Made by a program: the position numbers and the translations under genes
Shown here: positions 24,144 to 37,556 of the stretch, one piece after another
How positions within the stretch are numbered: the stretch's first letter is position 1
How the letters are laid out: each line of letters starts with the position of its first letter
DNA from: Octopus sinensis
Taxonomy: Eukaryota
NCBI RefSeq assembly: GCF_006345805.1
Contig: NC_043001.1
Location: forward strand, 81,654,001 to 81,718,000
Length of the DNA: 64,000 nt
Direction of reading: 5' to 3'
The notes under the pieces: model-generated
Databases searched by the model: none
Seen by the model: the letters and a program-made list of their open reading frames with translations, nothing else
Told to the model about the DNA's origin: nothing

Positions 24144-24492
24144 CACACATATGACTATATTGTCCATTTCTTCATGTAATTTGAGAGAAAATTTGGCTGC
24201 TATATATCTAGAAGGACTGGCTTGAGTGGTTGTGCTAATGACACTATGTAGGGCTGGAAATGGTAGCTGTGCCAATATGAAGTGGTAGCCAGTGCATGGT
24301 AGTCGAAACTACATAACAGTAAATGAGAGTGGGGGAGGATGTAATAACAACAAGATGCTGGTGGTGGTGGTGTTGTGGTAGGGGTGGTGGTGGTGGTGGT
24401 AGTAGTAGTAGTAGCATGCAACTTCACCATACAAACAATATTCTGTATGGTGCCAAGAGTGTATCTGTATGAATGTAATATCAATGTGTATT

Positions 24493-24525
<33 letters not shown>

Positions 24526-24786
24526 GGATGCATGCATGTATATATACAAAACAGGCACGCACATTTGTGTACATAATAATGTAATAGGCAGTAATGCGTG
24601 CATGTCTGTGCATTTGTGAATAGACAAACACATCAGACACCAGTGGTATATGGATGGCGGCGTGGGGGAGGGAACGAAATAAATAAAAAAAATCACGATG
24701 AAATGTAATAAATTAGCATTTTTTTTGTATGTATGAGTGGATGAGAGAGAGATGTTAAACGGTTGGATAGAACAAGGAAATATATA

Positions 24787-24851
<65 letters not shown>

Positions 24852-24980
24852 GCACACACAATATGGCATTCAGAAATCATATTAACATACACACATACAC
24901 ACGTGTATGTACAAACATATATAACATGGTCCGTAAGTTTTTGTCAACTATATATACATATGATGAATTAATACTTGTTG

Positions 24981-25021
<41 letters not shown>

Positions 25022-25689
25022 TATCAATATAGATACATATCTATATACAAGTTAGAAGGATCTCAATATATATACATATTTTATATACAAATATTTACAT
25101 ACATGTGTGTGTGTGTATGTGTGGTGGGAGTATCAATATATTTATATATACACTATCAATTTATCTTTCTATCTACACATATAAATAACAAAGATGTATA
25201 CCCACACCAAACTTCAAACATACAGAGAAAAATATAGCATACACACAGACACAGCATAACATTAACGCATATATATATATCAACATACATACGGATACAT
25301 ATAACAACACAGATACATAAATACATCAACATGCGTCTAGTTACATAAACACACTTATGAAAGCTATACACACACACAAATAACAAATACAGGAGCCAAC
25401 GGAGGGAGTCTCTAAGTGTTCGATCGACGTGCTAGAAATAACAACCAAATTTCCTTTGAATCAATGTTAGAGTTTAAAAGGAAAGAAAGAAAGTATAAAG
25501 TCCTAGGTTCACTATGTTGAAAAGAAAGAGAAGGGTCACGGTTGGAAAACTTTTCTCATAGATCTGCCTGATCAGGACTGTCTTAGGGTTAAACAACAAC
25601 ATATTAGAGACATTAATATGTATACATAACTACATTCAAACACCAACATACACACGAAAGAGGAAACAGAACTACATATAGACAGACAG

Positions 25690-25715
25690 ATAAATAGAAA
25701 GATAAATAGACAGAC

Positions 25716-25792
<77 letters not shown>

Positions 25793-25805
25793 TATAGATA
25801 GATAT

Positions 25806-25849
<44 letters not shown>

Positions 25850-25850
25850 A
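25690..25850. repeat. (TAGA)n microsatellite
   Basis: Long GATA/TAGA run; source of the IYLS ORFs. Confidence 0.95.
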
Positions 25851-26169
25851 CATACATACACACACAGATGGACAATACTAATACACATATACACATACAA
25901 ACACACACACACACAGAAGTAAACATCATGACAGACCGAGACACATGCCCAAAACAGCATAACTAGTTACGGAATAACATGGTCGAGGGGCAGCCCCTAG
26001 AATTAATCGTGATGTTGAGCAAAGAGGGACGTAAATATCTTTACCCTAACCCTCACCATTCAGGACACGGAGACATATTCGGGCTTGGAGGATCATCCTA
26101 TCCCGTCTCTCTCTCATTCCAACTTTTACCAAATGTTTAAATATAAAAGCAAAAGACTTACGTTAGTTG

Positions 26170-26840
26170 TCAGGTAGATAGAGTCCAATAGTAAATGGAG
26201 CAGCAGTAGCTATGGTAATAGTAGTTGTAGTAGTAGCGGTGGTAGTAGAACTGGAGATGTCCGAGCTTGAAGGCGGGAAAGGTGGGGTGTGAGGGGTGTA
26301 TGTTTAGCGATGGTGGGAGACAGATGGAGTGAGAGGATAGAGAGGATAAGAGAAGAAGAAAGACGATTAGAGATGTAGATAAAGTAGATAGGAGGGGGAG
26401 AAGGAGGATAAAGATAGACGAAGACAGGAGGGAGGGAGAGATAGATAAAGGCAACTACGTGCGTAGAAGTGAGAGTGTAGTGAAATATAGAGAGAGTGAG
26501 AGAAAAACAAGCGAGTCGAGGGAAGAGGAGGAAGAGACTATGTTGTTGTTGAGAGGAGGAATAGAAATAGATAGATAAAAGGAACTATGAGGGTAGGAAT
26601 GTAAGAGAAAGTGAGAAAAATAATATAGACGAAAGAGAGAGAGGGGCTGTGGTAAAGAGGAGTAGTAGGAGAGATAGATAAACAGAACTAGAGGAGGTTG
26701 GAATGAGAGAAAGAGAAAGCAAAACAGACAAGGATACGAGAGGAAAAGAGAAGTGAAAGAAAATAGAGAGAACAGATAGAGTAAAACAAATGCATAAATG
26801 AGAGGAAGAAGAGAGATAGTTAAGAAAGAAAGAGAGAGAA
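26170..26840. repeat. Purine-rich (GA) low-complexity tract
   Basis: Extreme A/G skew without a clear period. Confidence 0.7.
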
Positions 26841-27380
26841 TGGAGGGGGCACAGAGTGTAAATAAGGGCTATATTGGGAGAGAGGTTAGAGTGAAGGGGC
26901 CACCACTATATAAACACACACATTTGCAGCAGTCATCTGTAATGTGGGGGTTGATGTCGGTGAGGCATGAACAGCTTCAGTGAGGTGGAGGAAAAGCAGG
27001 CAAGTTAGATGTTGGTGTAGGAGAAGAGATTGAGATGTAGATGGGTGAGAAAAGGGTAGGGAAAAAGAATAAAGATAGATAGGGAGAAAGAGAGAGAGAG
27101 AGAGCTGAGATAATTGATAGAGAAAATGAGGTTCTGTATGTAAATGTGTGTGTGAGAGAGAAAGAGAGACCTACATAACAAGATATGAAATCTTGAAATA
27201 TTGCTGTAGGTTGTCTAGTGATGTACGTATATGTAGATCTATTGACATTTACACATACACACAGACTTATACCCAGATATGTTAGCTTAAAGTAATACAC
27301 ATAAAGAAAAGTAGATATACTGCTCGTACGTACGTACATGTAGCTACACACATACACACACACACAATGCAGACTCAAAG

Positions 27381-27455
27381 TCAAACATAGAACAATATTG
27401 TTTGCAGCAATGCCATTAGTGGTGTTAACGTTGTAATGGCGTTGAGAGTGATGTA
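27381..27455 (-). CDS. Weak candidate exon of the minus-strand gene
   Basis: Good acceptor TTTTCATTAATACTTCTCTGTTACAG at 27456. Phase 0 gives YITLNAITTLTPLMALLQTILFYV*; phase 1 gives HHSQRHYNVNTTNGIAANN. No strong donor or poly(A) signal seen. Confidence 0.2.
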   Translation of the reverse strand, partial: YITLNAITTLTPLMALLQTILFYV

Positions 27456-28209
27456 CTGTAACAGAGAAGTATTAATGAAAATAGCATTGATATTCAACCC
27501 TAGGTCATATCCACAAGCAGACCTATGATCAACAAATGTTCCAACAGTAACCATCAGATCATTTGTTTGGACATAGAGCATCGTGTATCTTGGACCACAT
27601 TGGCCACAGTGCCACCCCCACCCCCACCACACCCCATTTTGGGTTTAATTTGAAGGATATGTAGTTGCTATTTGAAGCAGGTTGCACATCTGCACAGAGG
27701 TTCGCCTCCCCACCTTCGTTGGTCATATAATGCAGTGGATTCGCAGAATCAGATCAGTACAATGTTGGTTAAAATGCCTCGTGGTAATTACAAGTGTCCT
27801 TGACATTCTGAGTTCAAATCCCATTGAGAATGACTTTGCCTTTCACCCTTCCAAGGTCAATAAAGGGTCCCAGTGATGTTGGATAATGTCTTATTATTAA
27901 TGACATAAAGACCTGTCCTCCACAGCAAAAGTGTTATTGCTGCCGTCCCTGCTGAAGAGGATTGGTCTTCAAGAAACCTGTGCAAACGTCACACAGAGAA
28001 CACTAGTGTCAGTGTTACACAAAAGCACCTGTGCGGGTGTCATGTAAGAGGCAACCATCACACTGTAAAGGGGTTGGCATTAGTAAGAGCATCCAGACGT
28101 AGAAACCAAGCCGAATCAGACTGGAACCGGGTGCAGCTCTCTTGCTTGCTAGCTCTGGTCAAACCGGCCAACCCATGCCAGCATGGAAAATAGACATTAA
28201 AGAATGATG

Positions 28210-28826
28210 ATAATGATGACATGGATTACAGGTATAAACAATTTACATTTAATTCCTTTAATCCCCTTCGTATACCATTTAGGAATTCCACAAATGAATC
28301 TGCAGCATCTTTTCTCAGTTCTTTCCAGTAAATGTGATCACAAGGTGTGACTAGAAAAGCTCACTACCAACGCCTCATATTTTCCTTAAAATCCTTGTTT
28401 TTGTCATCCAAACATGATTGTTCAGTAGCCTGTGAGTGTATTCCTGCCACTTGATCCACATAAGTTTCTGGAGAGTTCACAGTAAGATGGCAATAACCCA
28501 TAACATTTAAATTACCATATGCAAGCCATTCATCCAAATGAATCGCTGAACCTTCTCCACAGTATCCCACAATGATTAGTAATAGAATGCTTCTGTTACA
28601 CAGTTCCACATAAGAATGTCAACAGTCATAGATTTGTTTTGAGAACAAAGACTATTCAAGGATCATCATTTTTACATCTGTGATTCCTGTTGTTTAATGC
28701 ATCTGTGTCACTAGCTTTAAAGAGAGGAGCTTCATCACCATTTAGCATTCTCCCATGATGGTATTTCTGTTGACTAGCAAATCTTGCCTTGTTCATCTGA
28801 ATGGGGTTATTGTTTGTTCCAATTGT
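28210..28826 (-). pseudogene. Decayed Merlin (IS1595/ISXO2-like) DDE transposase
   Basis: Across frameshifts and stops: IGTNNNPIQMNKARFASQQKYHHGR, YVELCNRSILLLII..GSAIHLDEWLAYGNLNVMGYCHLTVNS..YVDQVAGIHSQATE, then YWKELRKD..FVEFLNGIR. These are colinear with the Merlin motifs IDES..RKY.RGR, TL..II..GS.I.SD.W.AY..L..GY.H..VNH..TG.HTQ.IE. Confidence 0.8.
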
Positions 28827-29759
28827 CTTTTATCCATTTATCTTGTTGATGGAAAATAACGGTTCCACACACCTCTCAGCGCATACTTTATTAGTCAGTC
28901 AGCATACTAGAAGACTTTGCTGTTAGAGTCACTTCAAGAGGACATAAAACAATTCAACTAAAATCCTTCAGAGTAGTGCCTTAGAATGGCCTCAGCATAA
29001 TGACTGGATCAATTACTAAACATAGAAATAATCCAAACAAGGATAAAGATAAAAGATCCTGGCAGATAAGTCCAGAACTGAGTTTTATTTCTCAGCTGCA
29101 ATTATTTGACTTTGATACTATTTCTATAAATGACCTTGAGAAAGGAACGAATGCCACAAATTAGCACCCATTATAAAGATTTAAAAGCTTGTCTTTCTTT
29201 GTAAGAGAACTTAAGTCTATTGTGAGTTCTACAATTCATAAAACTGGGGCTTAAATTGGTCTCTATGGCCATTAAGTGACTGAGGTTACAACACTACTGG
29301 TTCTCTGTAAGTTACAATGATACGGGTTCCACGTGATCTGATCAACAGAACAGCCTGCTTGTGAACCTAATGTGCTGAGTACTCCACAGACATGCATGCC
29401 CTTACAATAGTTCTCATTCAGCATGACACAGAATGTGACAAGGTTGGCCCCTTTGACATACAGGTTCAACTCATTTTCATCAGCTGAGTGAACTGGAAAA
29501 ATGTGAAATAAAATGTTTGGCTCAATGATACAATGCACTGCCAGGAATTGAACTCATAACCTTAAGATCATGAGCTGAATACTCTAAACAGTAAGTCATG
29601 CACCTTCACGGTTACAACACTACCAACTGAGAGGGTGCTAGTCTGAGAATTGAAAGCACAATCTTACAATCATGAGTGGTCTCTTTGTAATAGAATTTAG
29701 GTATGTTGTGAGCCCTAGGACACACAAGGCTGGGGCTTCATTCAACTACATGAAATATA

Positions 29760-29994
29760 TATTTCTTTACTACCCACAAGGGGTTAAACACAGAGGGGAC
29801 AAAGGACAGACAAACGGATTAAGTCGATTATATCGACCCCAGTGCATAACTGGTACTTAATTTATCGACCCTGAAAGGATGAAAAGCAAAGTCGACCTCG
29901 GCGGAATTTGAACTCAGAACGTAACGGCAGACAAAATATGGTTACACATTTCGCCCGGCGTGCTAACGTTTCTGCCAGCTCGCCGCCTAATTAC
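29760..29994 (-). mobile_element. Full-length S1a SINE
   Basis: 11-bp TSD CATGAAATATA (29749-29759, 29995-30005). Confidence 0.85.
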
Positions 29995-30374
29995 CATGAA
30001 ATATAAGTGATTGAGATTACAACACACTGTTTCTTGAATGAGATGCCAATCCATTACAGGTTTAACTTCTCGCTTCTTGCTGGAAATCATTTACAAGATG
30101 GAGCAATGTGAAATGAAGTGTTTTGCTCAAGAATACTATGCACCACTCGGTCTAGGAATCAAATTGAGAACAACAATGTGCTGCCCTGGGAATCAAAAGC
30201 ATAACCATACAATTTTGAGCATGGCAGCCCAACCATTAGGCCATGCCCCTTCACTTTGTAAGAGAATCACTGAATCATTTAGAAATCAGGTGTCAAGGAG
30301 AACAATACATGCAACTGCACTAAATATGTGCAAAGAACAGAGAGAGTTAATGAAAGAGAGATATGCCAACTCAC

Positions 30375-30442
30375 CTGACAAGGCACATTTCCTGTACAAG
30401 ATGGTGGGGAGGAGATATGGTTTGTGTCGATGAATACATTAT
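30375..30442 (-). CDS. Internal coding exon (68 nt, phase 1 to 0) of an unidentified minus-strand gene: (D)NVFIDTNHISSPPSCTGNVPCQ
   Basis: Acceptor TTGTTATTTTTTTTTTGTTTTAG, donor CAG|GTGAGT, open frame, and phase compatible with exon 38179-37958. Confidence 0.65.
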
Positions 30443-30466
30443 CTAAAACAAAAAAAAAATAACAAC

Positions 30467-30499
<33 letters not shown>

Positions 30500-31149
30500 G
30501 GACATTTTTATCAATGTTAAGCATCAGTTCCTAATGATAGAAAAACTAATTACTTCGATGTGAAATGGAAACAAGCAATGTTAACGATATGTTTCTGATG
30601 AGTTGCAGTTCAAAAAATTTTTTTTAACTTATCTTGAATTGAACAGTTTTTGTTTTCAATTTAGATCTGTGGTTCTGATCATTGAGGGTCCATATAAAAT
30701 TTTGTTAAAATTTATGTACAACAAACTTGTTATATAATACAAAACATATTTTAGCAAATTTTTTTTTATAAAGGTGCAGGCATGGCTGTGTGGTAAGAAT
30801 TTTGTGTCTCAACTGGATGGTTCTATTTTCAGTCCACTGTAATGAACCTTGAACAAGTGTCTTCTACTATAGCCTTGGGCTGATTGAAACCTCGTGTGTG
30901 GATTTGGCAGATGGAAACTCAAAAAGCGTATCATATATATATATATATATATATATAGATGTCCTGTACCCATATATGCATGTATATATACATATTGATG
31001 TAGGTATGTACATATATGTATGTATATATGCATATGTTTATATATAATTTTTTTATTATATGATTGAATGCCACGCATCCTTTTCCAAGTTATATATATA
31101 CAGCTACATATATCATTAGAAGAATCTGTTTTATTAGATGGAGTCCAAT

Positions 31150-32036
31150 AAATGTAATCAAATAAATGGAACAGATTTTGATGGTAGTATGGGTTATATC
31201 TTTAATTTAACGAGACAGCTGTTTCTGTTGTTAAAGACCGTGTTTCGGGTATACAATTTAAGAATAGGTATTTCAACAAAAGTAATACACATTATTACAT
31301 TATGTCATTTGCTGGGGTGATTTATGTGGTGGGCGGATAGCACGGGGCCCAAGTTTTGGGTGTATCTTAAAGGTGATGCCAACATCATTTGGGCAATGCT
31401 GATGTGGAATATTTTCGACATCCTGCAGATGGTGTAGTGCTCAAGGCGACATTGGAAAGAATAAATCCTGAGCTTTTCTAGTCAAAGCCTGTCATGCCAT
31501 CTATCTTTTTTGTAATTGACCTTTGAGATGCTTCAACTTTGATGACACTTTATTTCGTGTGGGGAGACCACAGTGGACAACAGTATTCAAGGTGGGATTG
31601 GGCAAAAGTGGAGAAGAGAAGAATAATGGTGCAGATATCTCTCGACAGGAAAGTTCTGAGAATCCAAGAACACATTCTGCGGGCCATGTCAACTTTGCGG
31701 TTTATACGAGTGACCTAGCTTATGTTGATGTCCACAATTACTCTCAAGTTTCTTATGTTGTTGGATGCCATGAGAATTTCACCTGAAGGAAGGAAGTATG
31801 GGGGTTTCAGAGTAACCACTCTTCCTAAGTGGATTAACTCAAATTTGTCCTCGTTCAGCAGTATATTATTCTTTTCCACCCATTGGATGACAGCCAGTTG
31901 ATCTGATTGAAGGCATGTACGGTAAGCCACTTCATTGCCAACCTTCTGGATCTTGGAATCATCTGCAAAGATCCTTATGTTGCCATGTCAGTAATGTCAG
32001 TGCTGAAGATGATGAAAAGAAGTGAACCTAACACAG
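31150..32036 (-). pseudogene. Decayed CR1/L2-group LINE ORF2 (RT and C-terminal part)
   Basis: SVLGSLLFIIF..IRIFADDS..WVEKNNILLNEDKFELIHLG..SWILRTF..PNDVGITFKIHPKLGPRAIRP, with stops and frameshifts. Confidence 0.8.
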
Positions 32037-32287
32037 ATGGAAAGTGAAAGAAACCCATCATATGTGTGTGTGTGTGTTGTGTGTGTGTGTGTGTGTGTGT
32101 TTGAAACCCCACCATTGCTTGACAACCAATGTAGGGGTGTTTATGTTCTCATAAGCTAGTGGTTTGGCAAGAGACCAATAGAATAAGTATAAGGCTTACA
32201 AAGAATAAGTCCTAGGGTTGAGTTGTTTGACTAAAGGCAATGATCCAGCATGGCCACAGTCAAATGACTGAGACAAGTAAAAGAGCG

Positions 32288-32322
<35 letters not shown>

Positions 32323-32569
32323 TATATATTATATAGTGAGTGTGTCTTTGTTTGTCTCCACTGCTGTTTGGCAATTGGTGTGGATGTGTTTACACCTCTA
32401 CAACACAGAGGTTCAGCAAAAGAGACTGATAAAATAAGTACCAAGTTTAACAAACAAAAAAGGTACGAGAGTTGATTCATTTGATTAAAATTTTTCAAGG
32501 CAGTGCTCCAGCATGGCCACAGTCTAATGACTGAAAGAAGTAAAAAAAGGTAAATATATGTAGTTAAGG

Positions 32570-32975
32570 ATGGCTGTATGTTTTAAGGAGTTTTGTTCAC
32601 AACCATCAGTATGGAGGTTCAGTTCCAACGTGAGGTACTTTAGGCAAGTGTCTTCTTATTTCTTTATTGCCCACAAGGGGCTAAATGTAGAGGAGACAAA
32701 CAAGGACAGACAAAGGGATTAAGTCAATTACATTGACCCCAGTGTGTAACTGGTACTTTATTTATCGACCCCGAAAAGATGAAAGGCAAAGTTGACCTTG
32801 GCAGAATTTTAACTCAAAACATAACGGCAAACGAAATACTGCTAAGCATTTCGCCCGGCATGCTAACGTTTCTGCCAGCTCGCCGCCTTAGGCAAGTGTC
32901 TTCTACTATAGACTTAGGCCTGCCAAGACCTTGTGAGAAGATTTGGCAGATGGAAACTGAAAGAAGCCCGTCATT
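32570..32975 (+). mobile_element. S2 SINE 5' part interrupted by an S1a SINE at 32656-32887
   Basis: Perfect 16-bp TSD TTAGGCAAGTGTCTTC (32640-32655, 32888-32903). Confidence 0.85.
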
Positions 32976-34109
32976 TATGCGTGTGTGTGTGAGTGTAGAT
33001 ATGGGTGTGTCTCCTTGTCTCGACCTCACACAATAGTTGTAAACAAGTGCCAATGTCATGTAAACGTCCTTCATTGCCAATTGTCTATGAAAACACATGG
33101 GGGGTGGGGGAATGAGGGTTGGAGGGATATTACAATATTACATTGCTTGGAGACGAGAGAGGATTGGCATCGAATTCTGTCTGGACATTAATACATCAAC
33201 ACCGCTGCTGCTGATAATGATGATAAAACTGATGAGGATGATGATGAGTCTGTGTTTCGTAATCTCTATTCAATAAACAGAGAACATTAAAATAATCACT
33301 ACCAGGTTTAAACAGGTGCAATGGTCGAAGCAATCAACTAAAACACTTGAAGGCAGTGCCCCAGGATGGCTGCAGTCCAAAGATTGAAACCAGTTATATA
33401 CAAGCTCACACACATACACACACACACAGAGTGAGACTAAATAATATGTTTATTAAACATACATGGCATGGTTACCACTTACATATTTATTCATAAGCGT
33501 GCTGTGTGTTACTTTAAAAGTGGAAATACTTCCTTGGCAGGTGATTTGATCTGAGATCATGAGTTGAAACTGTAAACAATTAACACATTGTTACAGAGGA
33601 GTCATGATAGCCATGTTAGGACACACCCACACACACATATCATTTTATTTGGGATATTGTATAAAATGTGACCTACATGGAAAAAGTGTGAAATATGAAC
33701 ACCAAACATCTACATTGATGATATTCAAGGAGATGACAATATATGTTGTATATCTAGTATGACATCTACTAGAGTTATTTTAATGACTAAACACTAAACT
33801 GTATGAATTGTTAACAAGGTGGCTTACTGTAACAAAGGGTAAAGGTTCAAGCTGGCCTTTCAGAACCACACAGTACATGTCAGACAAAAGCATATTACTA
33901 ATTGCTACTAGTAATCAGGTTGAAATATAGTAACCATAGTTACTTTATGGCTGAGTGGCTTTTATCAGGAAGGGTAAACAGCTGGGAATAATTCAAACTG
34001 ACATAACAGAAACAAAATTGATTCTGTGAATGGTTGGTGCTGGAAAGTAGAACAAGGAAGATTTGATTAGAGGTGAATGTGGGAAGATTTGGACATTTAG
34101 TGGAGGTGG

Positions 34110-34570
34110 TGGACAGAAGGTGTGGCACAGGTAGACATGGTGGCAGCAAAATTTGGGTGGCAATGGATGTTGAAGGTTGGTCAAGGTGCCCTTGGGTAAT
34201 GGTGGCATAGGGCATCTGTGGTAGGAGAAGACTAAGAAAGGATTGAATGGTGGTGGCAGTGTTGGATTATAGAGGTGGTGGTGGCAGCGGTGGACAGGTG
34301 TGGCACAAGTATACATAGTGGCAATGGATGGTGAAGGTTGGTCAAGGTGCCCTTGGGTAATGGTAGCATAGGGCGTCTGTGGTAGGAGAAGACTAAGAAA
34401 GGCTTGAATGGTGGTGGCAGTGGTGGACAGGTGTGGCACAAGTATACATAGTGGCAATGGATGGTGAAGGTTGGTCAAGGTGCCCTTGGGTAATGGTGGC
34501 ATAGGAGAAGACTAAGAAAGGCTTGAATGGTGGTGGCAATGTTGGATTATAGAGGTGGTGGTGGCATTGG
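34110..34570. repeat. Tandem repeat, about 3 units of 130-160 bp
   Basis: GTGGCAATGGATG.TGAAGGTTGGTCAAGGTGCCCTTGGGTAATGGT.GCATAG starts at 34157, 34318 and 34451. Confidence 0.85.
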
Positions 34571-36480
34571 TGAATAGTAGATGTAGAGGTAGATTAGGGA
34601 AGACCTGGGAGTTGATGGTAGGAAGTTGAAGTGGTAGAAACAAAGCTGTAAGGGTTGGCAGTGATGGTTGGTAAGGTACAGTGGTGGCAAAGGAAGTAAG
34701 GTTTGGGGGTTGGTGGTGATGGTGAACAGAGGTGATAGAAATGACAAAGGATATTATGGAAAACAATAGTAAGGGCCTAAAAGACACAAAAAACACTGAC
34801 ACACATATAAACATGTAGTGCATCATCCCCATCATCATCATTTTGATGTCCACTTTTTCATGTTTGCATGGGTCAGACAGAGTTTGCTGAGGCAGATTTT
34901 CTATGACTTGGTGCCCTTCTCCCTTATTGCTAACCCTCATAGATTTCCAAGTAAGTTAATATATCTCTCCTTGGTTGGGCATGTTTTCATGGAAGATTGG
35001 ACACAAATAACACTGCTTGTATGAGAGTGACACTCATTTACAATGAATACAGTTATGTCAGTGCCATCTCACTGCTACCCATGCCTGTGACATTTGAGCA
35101 TTGGGCCTCATTGAGGCAGTGACAGGTGACCAACACCCTTGGTGATATACCATGCTTGTTTAGACCTGTCAAGCCAAGTGAGACCGTAGTCATGGTCAAT
35201 GCCAGTATCATGTAAATGGCACCCATGCCAGTGGCACATAAAAAAAAATACCCACTACACTCTTGGAGTGGTTGGCATTAGGAAGGGCATCCAGCTATAG
35301 AAACCTTGCCAAAATCAGACTTGAACCTAGTGCAGCCCCCTGGCATATCAGTTTTCAGTCAAACCATCCAACCCATGCCAGCATGGAAAGCAGACATTAA
35401 ATAATGAATGAAGTTGATGATGATGACAGTATCAAAACATCATCATCGTTTAACATTTGTTTTCCGTGCTAGCACGGGTTGGACGGTTCGACCGGGGTCT
35501 GGAAAGCCAGGAGGCTGCACCAGGCTCCAATCTGATCTGGCAGAGTTTCTACAGCTGGATGCCCTTCCTAATGCCAACCACTCTGTGAGTGTAGAGAACA
35601 ATGAAATACAAACAAACACACACAACATACTAATCTATATAGTCTGGAATAAACCATCATCATCATCATTTAATATCCATTTTCCATATTGGCATGGATT
35701 GGATGCTTTGACAGGATCTGCTGAACCACAGGGCAGCATTGTGCTCCCTGTCAGTTTTGACAGGGTTTCTACAGCTGCATGCCCTTCCTAATGCCAACCA
35801 CCTAATACTGTGGATGCTTCTTTTTCTTTTTTCTTTTGTGCCACCAGCATTAGTGACATCGTCAAGTAGCTAACTGGATATGAAAAAACAAGAAAAGAGA
35901 GGAAAAGGAAACGTCCCCTTAACTATGTAAGAGAAATTTTGGAGAGGGTGGATAACAAATTTTATACCAGAGACAAGCAGAGATGTCCTGTGTGTAAAGA
36001 AATAAAGAATGGTAAGCAGAATTCTGGTTTAAGCTCCCCATGTAATCCTTCATAACCTTTCTTTATTTTTTGCAATTTTCAGAAAAAATTTTGCAAACAC
36101 AGGAGGAATTCATATGATTATGCAAAAACAAAAATCTTTTTTGTGCGATTTAAGACTGATTTAGCTGTTATTTTTAGCACATCTCACGACCACCTGATAC
36201 CTTCCTTGTTTGTTTGTCACTCTGACAGGTATTGAGGTTTTTCAACATTTTTCTCTCCATAAACATATTCAATCGAATGATGATGCACCCAAGGGCAGTC
36301 CATTGCTAAGAGTTAAGCAAAGAATTTGGATTGTCCACATTTGAAACTCTGGTTTTAAAAAATATTCAGGAAAGAATACAACTTTTAGGATTGGAAGGTG
36401 GGGGTGGGGGTAGGGGTGAGAAATGGGGTTTTAAAAAATTTTCTTATAAATTAAAAAAAATGTTTTTCTTTTTCATAATT

Positions 36481-36660
36481 GTAGGTGCAGGAGTGGCTGT
36501 GTGGTAAGTAGCTTTCTTACCAACCACATGGTTCCGGGTTCAGTTTCACTGCATGGCACTTTGGGCAAGTGCCTTCTACTATAGCCTCGGGCTGACCAAA
36601 GCCTTGTGAGTAGATTTGGTAGACGGAAACTGAGAGAAGCCCATCATGTATATGTATATT

Positions 36661-36701
<41 letters not shown>

Positions 36702-37375
36702 TTGTCCCCCCAACATTGCTTGACAACTGATGCTGGTGTCTTTACGTTCCCCGTAACTTAGCAGTTCGGCAAAAGAGACTGATAGAATAAGTACTAGGCT
36801 TACAAAGAATAAGTCCTGGGGTCAATTTGCTCGACTAAAGGCGGTGCTCCAGCATGGCTGCAGTCAAATGACTTTGTAGCGACGTCATTTTCCAGTGTGC
36901 GCACACGCAACGTCATTCTTCAGTGTGCGTGTGCGGGGCTGGAACCTTCTGGAAAGGCCTAAGAAAGTTCCCTCATGCACATGCGCTAGAGACTGGGGAA
37001 GAAAATTCTGTCGCGTTCCTTGTTAGCGTCGCTGACTTGAGACACGGCTATTGAAGAGAAAGGATGTGTTAAACGTGTGATCAGCCTATTCTCCTGTCCC
37101 AGAGGCTTAGGATTTGACCTGCTCTGTTGCTGCTGAATTTGTTGAAAGAATCTTACAAATGTTAAAGTTCAGCCTTGCTATATCTAACCTAGTGGATACC
37201 AATATACCAACGTACTTCTTTTGTAAATAAGAAAATAAAGAGTAATATATATTTTTAAGGTTGCGTTCTTGTTCCTGACTGGTAGATTCTGGAAATTAAA
37301 GAAAGGAAATTGGTTGCACCCGAACAGTGTAAAGAATTAACCAGTTCCATTACAACTGAAACAAGTAAAGAGTAA
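36481..37375 (+). mobile_element. S2 SINE split by a solo LTR
   Basis: S2 runs to GTCAAATGACT(T) at 36874 and resumes with ACTGAAACAAGTAA at 37355. Confidence 0.85.
36875..37354 (+). mobile_element. Solo LTR (480 bp), probably Ty3/gypsy
   Basis: Termini TGTAG..TTACA (TG..CA), 4-bp TSD ACTT/ACTG (one mismatch), AATAAA at 37234-37239. It interrupts a recognisable SINE at a defined base. Confidence 0.8.
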
Positions 37376-37556
37376 ACTCCCATGTGTAAAACAAAAATTT
37401 GCAAAAATTTTCTGAAAATTCCCAGAAAATAGAAAAGTTATGAAGGGTTTAAGCTAGAATTCCAGAGAATGGCCAATTCTCACAGCTAAGACATTTACAA
37501 TTATAGATTTGCTAAATTATAATTGACCTGATGCTTAACAACAAGATGTGAAGTGT

